This document shows positions 15,317 through 24,939 of a stretch of DNA of 64,000 nt, piece after piece (position 1 is the first letter of the stretch; every line of letters starts with the position of its first letter). Under the pieces are notes generated by a model. The model made no database searches, was not told the origin of the DNA, and worked only from the letters and a program-made list of their open reading frames with translations. The translations under genes were made by a program, and so were the position numbers. The stretch comes from Azolla caroliniana. Taxonomy: Eukaryota > Plantae > Polypodiophyta. The stretch spans positions 6,820,001-6,884,000 of the forward strand of contig JBHGNT010000009.1 in assembly GCA_043228905.1 (NCBI GenBank), given 5' to 3'.

Positions 15317-17202
15317 ATGCCTAGTGCTCATGATCATCCCATCCTCAGCTCCCCTCCACCTCCATTCTTCCTATGCCATCCTTATCATAACTTCTTAACA
15401 TTAGAAAAACCAGCTTATAGCTCTACTGCTAATTGTGTGATTAGCGCTGATTCTCCACCAAAAGATAGCCTCAGTCTGTCCATTAATGCAGGCATTGCTA
15501 ATAGCATTGCAGATCATTTATATCCCCCCGTCTCTAATTGCGAAGAAGATCGGACTCATCGTAAATCCGGCAAACGCAGTACGCAGTCACTAATCAGCAC
15601 TGACGGTAGCTCATTCAATTACTCCCGCTGATTAATCATTAATTAACTACTAATCGGTGCCGAAGGCAACTCGTTAATTCATTGTTTGTGGAGGAGGTGT
15701 AGAAGAATCGGCCTCTGGATGAAAACCCTAATCATGTTTTATATTGATCTACAGGCGTGGATCAAAATGGCGATGCAGATGATGATGCGGGAGATCAGAG
15801 CACACTGGAGGTGATCACATTGTCTGCAGAGAGCTTGTTGATGGAAACAAATGATCGCCACAATTATCGGGGAGGAGTGATGATGGAAGGAATGGATGGA
15901 TGGAAGGATCCATGGATACCTAATAATAATAGTAGTAGTAGTAATAAGAGAAGGATTTATGTGTGCCCTGACAAGAACTGTGTCCATCATCAGCAGTCTA
16001 GGGCGCTGGGGGATCTGACAGGCATCAGGAAGCATTTCTGCAGGAAGCATGGCGTCCGCAGGTGGAAGTGCGCGCGATGCCCTAAGGCCTACGCCCTGCA
16101 CTCCGACTGGAAGGCCCACTCCAAGATCTGCGGGAACCGTGAATTCATCTGCGACTCCTGCGGCCTCAGTTTCGCCAGGTAAATTAATTAGCACAGACCA
16201 AATTATATTCTGAATCACCTGCACAACCCTAACCCTAACCCTAACCCTAACCCTAACCCTAACCCTAACCCTAACCCTAACCCTAACCCTGACCCTAACC
16301 CTAACCCTAACCCTGACCCTGACCCTGACCCTGACCCTGACCCCTGACCCCTGACCCCTGACCCTAACCCTAACCCTAACCTCTGGAATCGATCTAGTCC
16401 CCTATTGACTTCATTTTCATACAGATCCTTGTAAATCCGTTTCGACATCATTTTCTTAAGGTTAGATCGTAGAAATCCCGTTTGGAAACCTAGTCGCTTG
16501 CTCAGAATCCACCTGCTTTCCTCTTTTATCCCCACGAATCGTTCGTAATTAGTAGCCCCCCTCCCTAACCATCCCATTTAAATTTTCTGTCCCAATCACA
16601 TTCGCAGGAGAGACAGATTGAGCAAGCACACAGATTATTGCAGAGCTCTGGCAGAAGAGAAGGCCAAATCAACGGGCATGATGGTGAACCAGAATATCCA
16701 GCCATACTCTCAGACTTCTTCTTCGTCATCCCTTCTCCTCAGCCCGCCATTGATTAGCGACGGAATTCCCAACCATCGGCAACCAGAGCTCGTGATACCG
16801 AATCAAAACCATAACCTGTTCAGTAGAAGACAAATCCTCCCCCTGGCGCAGATCTCGTCAGATGGTCAGAGTACTGGCTCCACGAATTCGGGGGGCCTTA
16901 ATCGCTCTGCTAATCATGGTTATTATCTTGGAAGCATATCACCGGATGGGAGACGGATCAGTTACTCAAGTTCTGCTTACCGTTATAGCAACGAGGGAGA
17001 TAATAATGTGCAGGCGATTAACTACGCGAACCCTAACCCTAACCCTAACCCTAGCCCTAGCCCTAACCCTAACCGGCTAATTCTTGAATCTGACAATTGT
17101 CACAAAACCCTAACATCTAACGTGAAGTCTAATCCAACGACCGGGTCAAATGGCAGCACCCGTGACTTTCTGAGCCTTGACCTAGGTTTCGGATGGAGTT
17201 GA
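15317..17202 (+). CDS. INDETERMINATE DOMAIN (IDD/BIRD)-like C2H2/C2HC zinc-finger transcription factor, about 435 aa; exons 15317-15605, 15755-16178, 16608-17202
   Basis: Motifs EVITLS, YVCPDKNCVHH..RALGDLTGIRKHFCRKHG..WKCARCPKAYALHSDWKAHSKICGNREFICDSCG.SFARRDR..KHTDYCRALAEE and C-terminal TRDFL. GT-AG introns have matching phases (1 and 2), and the exons total 1308 nt with an open frame. Confidence 0.88.
16225..16383. repeat. Interstitial telomere-like array (CCCTAA)n with CCCTGA/CCCCTGA variants in IDD intron 2
   Basis: About 26 consecutive hexamer/heptamer units read directly from the sequence. Confidence 0.95.
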
Positions 17203-17290
17203 CTTTCCCCCCAAATGTGTGGTGGGCCCGAGTTGACTTTGACTGAAGCAATAGAGCGGTGGTAAAGTCAACTGGGGCCCATCCACACTG

Positions 17291-17324
<34 letters not shown>

Positions 17325-18485
17325 GGTGAAAGCACACAATTATATTAATAAATGTGTGTGAAAAATACTACTTACAATACGTGTGACAATGGAGTATGGT
17401 CACACACTAACCACACTACACTACATGGGTAGTGGAACATGTTGAATTGCCAATAGGCAAGTTGGAATTCTCTCTCTCTCTCTCTCTCTCTCCGGACACC
17501 ATTCATGTGAATAAAGGGGTGGGGCAATAACCCGCTGGGTGTCCTTGGCTAGAGCTAGTACATAAATCCATGGGGGTGTGCCCCCGGGCCAACCTTCCCA
17601 TCTTCTGGCTTTACCCCATCGCAAGCATCACCTTGGACACGTCTCCAATACATACATTGGTCCTCCTGACATCTACCCGTTCGGAAAGCTAACAACGTTG
17701 TCCCACTACTGGGCCCTTGGGCATCCCTTTCGAAAAACTAGCTGTCTCGTTGCCACCTTGTCTCTCGCATCCCGTTAGAAAACCTTATGGTCCGCCTACC
17801 AGGCCCTCGATAAAGAATATTCATATGAAATGACACTTGGCCACCGGGTTCTATGCAGTGCTGATGAGCCCATGGTCGGGAAGGAACTCGATAAAAAATA
17901 TAGAGAAGTACATGCTATATATCACATATTAATGTGTGCTAATTTTTTGTGGATATGGCAAATTTTTTGTTGGCAATACTCGTAGGATGTTTTGGACTCG
18001 AGAGATAAATTTACCATCACATGCAATTCCTAGGCATGTTGTGATGATTCTGGTGTAACTTGTTTTTTAAGTTATTGTTGAGACATGGTGAACACTCACA
18101 AGCCTCTTTATCGAAGCTTATTACGATACCTCACCATATTGTGCTTGTTTTGGAATTTCATCGTACATTAAGTCCTAACATGTGGCAATATAAAGATCCA
18201 TGAAGTCACGCCATGTTGTAAATAAATATACTAAGTCTAGGGGTGTAGGATGCAATTAAGTGACATGTAGAACCTCACTATTAAAGTGGTGAAAAAAATA
18301 TCCAAGCACTCTTACAATTGAAACGAGCAATAAACGTAGATAACAAAGAAGTTACAAGTCATCACATTTTCTCAGTATTACTAATAAAAAGCTTAACGTA
18401 GTAGTCACAATTAAATTATTCCATTACTAAACTAGTGTACAAAATAATTTTAGTTTTAAGGATTTGTCATTCTAATCCTCTCTCT

Positions 18486-18706
18486 CTTTTTTCGTAATTA
18501 GCTTACCCTACAAGTAAGTTGTTTACACTACTAGCATTTACATCTTGGGTTCAAAACCCTATTTTCTCACCTCTATATTAGTCTATAGATATGCATTATC
18601 TCTTTTTTCGTAATTAGCTTACCCTACAAGTAAGTTGTTTACACTACTAGCACTACATCATGGGTTCAAAACCCAATTTTCTCACCTCTATATTATTCTA
18701 TAGATA
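18486..18706. repeat. Tandem duplication, 2 x about 115 bp
   Basis: TCTTTTTTCGTAATTAGCTTACCCTACAAGTAAGTTGTTTACACTACTAGCA...TCTATAGATAT occurs twice head-to-tail. Confidence 0.9.
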
Positions 18707-18721
18707 TCTCTTATTTCACTA

Positions 18722-18796
18722 GATGCCACTGTGGAATGTAGGGGTTGAACCCATGATCACTTGGTCTCCATTGGGCAACCTTACCACAACCATCTA
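18722..18796 (-). mobile_element. tRNA-derived SINE head, copy 1
   Basis: Reverse complement reads GGTAAGGTTGCCCAATGGAGACCAAGTGATCATGGGTTCAACCCCTAC, with a B-box-like GGTTCAACCC. It is homologous to 22345-22420. Confidence 0.6.
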
Positions 18797-18887
18797 GGCT
18801 CTCTCGCCAACTAAACCCTAGGTCATGTTTGAGAGGAGTTTGAGACCCAATTTTTTAACCTCTCTATTATTCCATACATCTCCTCTT

Positions 18888-18948
<61 letters not shown>

Positions 18949-19204
18949 CATCGCATAAAAAACATAGAATTGAGAGAACCCAAGTTCAATTCTCTCCCAT
19001 GGGGTACGCCCCATCTCATAGATATCAAAATTGGTCTCCTATGGATGTTAAAAATCTCTCTCTCTCTCTTACATCATTGCATCAAAGTCAAAGAATTCAA
19101 AGAACCTAAGGTCAATCCTCTCCATGGACTATACTTTGTCTCATAGAAATCGCAATCAAACTCTAATGGATGTTAAATCTCAGACTCTCTCTCCCTCTCT
19201 CTCT

Positions 19205-20425
19205 AGTGATGAAAAAGATCCGGACCAATTTGGGAGTTACTCGTACAAATGTGCAATAGTACCTGATTACTTAATATTGCAAATGTTGTTTCCTTATGGC
19301 CCAACACTAATGGTTTTACATGTAGAAAACACAATGGAAATAGTGTGATTGACTATGTGCTACTTTTCGAAGGTATTTTAGAACGTATACATGAATTTTC
19401 ACTTGGTGAATGGACACCGGAATCCGACATAGGACTTTATGTATTGATCTCAAATGTATGCATAGGTTTGATTGTGAGAAGGCCATTGAAGATAATAAAC
19501 ATCCGCACTTGAGCATTAACAAACAAATATTTTTCGACCAACCATACATCTTGGAAATGCCCAAGAAATGTAGTTCAAAGAAAAAATGGTTTGATAAAGA
19601 ATGTCATAAAGCTCGAAAGCGTTTTATGATTTTGGATGTAGTCAATGATAAAGAAAATTACCAAAAGCATTTGCATGAGTACAAAAGGCTTATTCAAAGA
19701 AAGAGTAGAAGAATATGGGAAGTTACTCAACAATTTCTCCAAACGCAAGAGAAAGCACATGCATGTGCTAAATTTTGGGGAAATTTAAAGGGGAAACATG
19801 TTGAGAGTTATGGTGACTTAATTCTTTACGACTTGTCTATGCATTGTAAGAATTTATATATGCTATCTCTTGCCGAAAAGATGATGTGTTACGATTCTCT
19901 TTCATATATTATGTCTCCCTTCTTTACAATCGAAGATATATGCATAGGACTTAAGAAATTGGCCTTTCAAAAGGCAAGCAATCTTCAATGTATAAAGGTT
20001 AAATTTCTCAAATGGACTAGAAAGGAGGCACATGTATGGATAAGCGATATGTTTAATGATGCATTGCAACATGGTATGCTATAAAATTGGACTACAAATT
20101 GGATCAAACCTTTACATAAAGGTGGAGATGTAAACAATGTAAACAACTATCAAACCATCATGGTTGGCTCGCGAATGACAAAACTATTTGGATGTATAAT
20201 GGAATCAAAGATAGGTGCATGGGTTGAAAAAATGGTAAGAGAGCTTATAAATAAGTTGGCTTTCGAAAATACCATAACACCATTGATCATCTTGTCACCC
20301 TTCGAGTATTAATGGAGGAAAGTTGACTTAGAGGTAAAGGTTTATATTGTTGCGTTGTAGACTTCAACAAAGCTTTTGATATGGTACCTCGTGAGCATCT
20401 TTGGAGGTGAATGGAAGAACTCGAG
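19205..20425 (+). mobile_element. Decayed 5'-truncated LINE (non-LTR retrotransposon) ORF2: end of APE endonuclease plus N-terminal reverse transcriptase
   Basis: Frameshifted motifs FTCRKHNGNSVIDYVL, ESD(H)R, WFDKECHKAR, WIKPLHKGGDVNNVNNYQTI, GFRKYHNTIDHLVTLR, CVVDFNKAFDMVPREHLW; multiple stops. Confidence 0.88.
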
Positions 20426-20429
20426 GCAT

Positions 20430-22178
20430 GCTTACACTTTCTATGCCGGGTATCTTGCACTCTCTGTTATCTCCCATCTTTACATAGTCATGATCCCTGA
20501 CTATGTAAGTCAAGAAGCATTCTCTCGAGGGAATTATATGGAATGATGCACCAGAGTCGATCACCCATGTGCACTCTTCACTTGCAAGATTTGTGCTTGT
20601 CTGCTCATAGATGAACATGATCTCCTCTGCACTTGTAGCTACGACTGAAGTGCCCTTTTCATCAGGAATCTTCTTGGGTTTGACATCATTACCGATACCG
20701 TTGTCCTTCTTGAGGTGTCGACAGTCCTTTTGGAAGTGTCCAGGCTTTCCACAATAGAAATATGTTAGTTTTCCTCTGGACTTGGATCTGGCTTGGGATT
20801 TGTCCCTTCTTTGTGGAGTTCTTTGCCGGTTCCTTCCTCTACCGGTGTGTTGAGTCAAGTTTGACTCCGATTGGGATAGGACACCCATGTCCTTCCTTCT
20901 TGTCTCCTCGTTCAAGATGCTTGTCTTTACCACTTGAAGAGACAAGTTCTCTTCTTGACACAAGGTGTTGAGAGTCACCACCAAGTTCTCCCAGCTATCC
21001 GACAAGGTACACAATAGAAGAATAGCCCGCATTGCATCATCAAGGGGAAATTTGGATGCCGCAAGTTGTTTCACATACCCCATGAATGTGCTTACGCGCT
21101 CGACTATGCTTTCTCTATCTCTGCACTTCAATCTGAAAATCTTTCTCATCAAAGATATTTTGTTGAGGGAATTCTTCATCTCATATAGACCTGACAACTT
21201 CTGCCACATCTCATAGGCATTTGTGTTATTAGCCATGTGCTGCAAGACACTCACATTGACGCACTGTCTAATGGTGGCCATTGCCTTTCTGTTCAAAAGT
21301 TTCCATTCAAACTCTAATACCCCCGTGGGTATTTCTGCTCTGTTAATGGGCTCGTACAAGTCTTTGACTATCAGAAGATCTTCCATCTTGATCTTCCAGT
21401 CTTCCAGTTTGCATAGTTTTGAGAGTTCAGGACCATCATTCCTGGGAAGCCACTCACACCTCCTTCCATCTTTCACTTGTCGCCGTGATACCAGTTTGAT
21501 AGTTTAGGATCGTCGATATGTGAGGCAACTATGGAGAAATACGCTACACGGAAATAGAAAAACAACAAATAGACAAAGATATACAATGCCCATAGTTTTA
21601 CATGGAAACCCTAAATGGGAAAAACCATAGTAGAACATATCTTCCACTATACACAAAGAGTACAAAGAATGGTTACAACTCTTCTCTAATGCTCAGAGGA
21701 TAACCACTTAGGGTTCTTGGCAGGTTCGCTAAACTTTGTTGCCGCTCTCTCTCTCTCACGCACTCTCTCGTCTCTCTAACTCACAGCTACAGAGAAACAA
21801 TTCTATTGTGCTACTTACTCTCAAGTTTGCCCTAGGTGTATTTATACTTATACACACTATGGGTTATTTACAAATATGTTTGTTTCTATTAATATCTAAT
21901 TAATAACAATAACAATTGTTAATCATTTGACTGATTGACTAGTTGATTCGACTAGCCGACTCCAATGTCGATTGTCTAGTCGACCCGACTAGTTGGTCGT
22001 GTCTTCGACTTGGATCACTTGTACTGTCAACTCTGCTAGTTGACTCTCTTAGTCGACTCTATGTGTCTTCGATTGTTGGCTCTTAGCCCAACCAATCGTC
22101 TACTCCTTGTCTTTGACTGTCAGCTCTCACTCTCAACCGAATAGTCGGCTCCTCCCATAGGAGGGCATATTCCGAACA
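20430..22178 (-). mobile_element. Truncated Ty1/copia LTR retrotransposon: 5' LTR (about 21497-22178), PBS, gag and protease
   Basis: ORF 20364-21476(-) has gag (WKIKMEDLL, WENLVVTL), a degenerate zinc knuckle YFYCGKPGHFQKDC and protease WVIDSGASFH. PBS TGGTATCA(-) at 21486-21493. LTR bounded TG...CA with a TATA-like TATAAATA on the minus strand near 21840. Confidence 0.88.
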
Positions 22179-22344
22179 GGTGCACTTGAGTATTTATACA
22201 AGAAGGTAGAGGTATGCATGCAAGCTAGGAATAGAGAATGCATGAGGATGTATGCAAGCTAGGAATAGAGGATGCATGGAAGCTAGGAAACTTCCAATGT
22301 TCAATCTACAATACATCAAGTTGGATTTCCTATAAGGATGCATA

Positions 22345-22420
22345 GATGGATATAGTTTAGTTGGTAGGGTTGCCCAATGGAGACTGGGAGATCATGGGTT
22401 CAACCCTTACCGTCCACTAT
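22345..22420 (+). mobile_element. tRNA-derived SINE head, copy 2
   Basis: A-box-like TAGTTTAGTTGG and B-box-like GGTTCAACCC at tRNA-like spacing. A second copy lies at 18722-18796 in the opposite orientation. Confidence 0.6.
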
Positions 22421-22586
22421 GTCTATGACACATGCTTGATTTATTAAAATTTTATTAGGATTAATTGTGTGTGTAACATATGTTACGGGTGAACAAGGCT
22501 ACTAATAAAGAGAGTTAGCACTGAAACAAAGAGTGCAGGAGTGAGTATATGTTGGTGAAACAAGAGTCTAGTAATGGAGAGAGCTA

Positions 22587-22976
22587 CTAGTAAAAGGAGA
22601 GTCTATGAGTGAATATACACTAGGGGTAAAACAAATGTCTAACAATCAAGAGAGAAATTGGTGAAATGAAATGCTAGGAGTGAAGAGAGTGCCTAAACGT
22701 GAAAGGAGATTCTAGAAGTGAAAATAACAATCAAGAGAGAAATTGGTGAAATAGTAAAAGGAGAGTCTAGGAGTGAATATACACTAGGGGTAAAACAAAT
22801 GTCTAACAATCAAGAGAGAAATTGATGAAATGAAATGCTAGGAGTGAAGATAGTGCCTAAAATTGAAAGGAGATTCTAGAAGTGAAAATAACAATCAAGA
22901 GAGAAATTGGTGAAATGAAATGCTAGGAGTGAAGAGAGTGCCTAAAAGTGAAAGGAGATTCTAGAAGTGAAAATAG
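22587..22976. repeat. Purine-rich tandem repeat, about 84-bp units with partial higher-order duplication
   Basis: ACAATCAAGAGAGAAATTGGTGAAATGAAATGCTAGGAGTGAAGAGAGTGCCTAAA..GAAAGGAGATTCTAGAAGTGAAAATA is present three times plus a partial copy. Confidence 0.9.
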
Positions 22977-23669
22977 TAGTCAGAGGTCAACAAAAGTGGA
23001 AGTGAAATATTAGAAATTAGTGATGAAGAGAGTGCACTATGGTAATGATAGCCTAGTGGTGAAGAGCTATAGAAGTCAAATAAAAGTGGGAGACTATTTT
23101 TTTTAACACACATACTTGCATTTTCCTGACACTATTGAAACCGTACTAGTTTACTCTAACTACTAAGACAATATCCACCATGGAAAAACTCCTAGAGATG
23201 CCTAAGAGATCACATTCTATAGTGGAAAATGACAAACAAACTTAGCTTCTCATTCACCAACTTAGCTTGTTTATGCATGGGAGGAAGGAGAGAGAAAAAA
23301 TGGTAGACTTTATTAGGATTTTAGGGGGGAATAAGGGTATTTAATATAGTCTATATTTTGTTAGAACTAGAGGGTATTTCAGGAACATAAAGTTCACTCC
23401 CTCTTTATTTATGGGTGTTAGGGAGGTTAAGGGAAAGATGCATGTCTGAAAGAGAAGGGGAGGAGGAATAAAGCTAGCGTGAAGCCTACGATATAGAAGA
23501 TGTATTATTAATGTTGTCGTTCATGGGGGAACATAATGTTATTTGTGTCTAATGGCTAATGGAATTGTAATATGAGAGGAAACCTACAAAGATGATTTGG
23601 AAAGGTCTCAACTTCTTGTAATCCAACATTGTGAAGGAGCAAGTAGTCGAAATGTTTTGACGTAGGAGA

Positions 23670-24381
23670 GTGCTAATAGATTCTCAAAGGGTGTGTTCAC
23701 ACAAAATGTTAGGTTGAGCTTGATTCTCAACACGCCCCCTCAAGCTCAACTTGGGTCGGTTCCTTTCGGTTGATGTCCGCTTCGGCTGGTATCCGAATCG
23801 AACAATCTCCAATGTCCGCTTTTGTTGGTACCTAGTTTGAATGGTATCCGGTTCTCTCTTGTACTCCCCCTCAAGCTTGGCAAGTCAGGGATCGTCAATC
23901 CAAGGCCTAACATGAATTGTCAAAGCTTGTTGGCTCCTAGGGCCTTGGTGAAAATGTCGGTTGTCTAAAGATTCGTGTTGATGTGTTGAAGGTCGACATC
24001 TCCGGCCTGAACGCGTTCTCGAATGAAGTGATAGTGCACTTCGATATGCTTTGTGCGTGCGTGGAACACCGAGTTTCAAGCCAGATAAATACTTCAAAAT
24101 CCTCTTGAGCCATACGACTTCACATGCAGCCACCGATGCGCCCCTGTATTCGGTCTTTGTGCTCAAAAGTGCGGCGGTTCGTTGCTTCTTGCTACTCCAC
24201 GAAATCGATCCGTTGTCGAGGGAGAAAACAAATCTAGAGGTCTATCGTCGATTGGCTCTGTAGCCAGCCCAATCAGCATTTGTGTATCCTTCGAGACGAA
24301 TTGACTCTTGACCTTTGTGTGCTCATAGATTCTCAAAGGGTGTGTTCACACACAATGTTAGGTTGAGCTTGATTCTCAACA
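23670..24381 (-). mobile_element. Ty1/copia remnant: RNase H region and PPT between two about 63-66 bp LTR-end direct repeats
   Basis: Minus-strand motifs LEGYTNADWAG, STKTEYRGASVAACEVVWLKRIL, KHIEVHYHFIRERV, DIFTKAL. PPT AGCTTGAGGGGGCG directly precedes TGTTGAGAATCAAGC. Repeats at 23670-23732 and 24316-24381. Confidence 0.85.
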
Positions 24382-24716
24382 AGACCAAAAATATTACATT
24401 TCACGTGATGAAAGTGAGTAGTGACTCTCGATGTTCAAGAACTTTACCAATGAATGTTGCAATCAAGAGTGCACATTGTGGTTGTGGAGAAATTCATGCA
24501 AGGATTGGGCTTGGTTGAAGAGATGTGGAAAGCATAGTCGAATATGATCAAAGGCAAAGCCTTGTATCAAAGTGTGATACTCCGACTCGTGAACTCGTTC
24601 TATGCATATATCTTCAATTGTAAAGAAGGGAGATATGTGAAAGAGAACCATATCACATCATCTTTCCGACAAGAGATAACTCATATGAATTCTTACAATG
24701 CATAGACAAGTCGTGA
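24382..24716 (-). mobile_element. Internally deleted LINE copy, same family as 19205-20425 and 56906-57362
   Basis: 24599-24716 matches about 19826-19947 (PFFTIEDICI). 24382-24598 matches about 57110-57327 (EYHTLIQ..FDHIR.CFPHLF). Confidence 0.85.
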
Positions 24717-24939
24717 AGAGAGAGAGAGAGAGAGAGAGAGTCGACACAAGACAAACAAAAAACAAGAACTATATTCACAAGAAAACAATTAGCCAACATC
24801 ATACAAAGAGGAGAAGGTGCTTATGTCGTCACCTTCTCTATATATTCTCTTACTACAACTACCTCTTGGGAAAGAGGAGGGAACTTAACTACCTACTAAC
24901 TATGTATCATAGAAGTTTAGTCTTACGACACATTAAACA

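Noticed and set aside
16215-16577. Minus-strand 120-aa GLGLGSG ORF
   Set aside because: It is the translation of the intronic TTAGGG/TCAGGG repeat and shows no other sign of coding.
22345-22420. Functional tRNA gene
   Set aside because: The anticodon and acceptor stems pair poorly and a diverged second copy exists, which fits a SINE head better.
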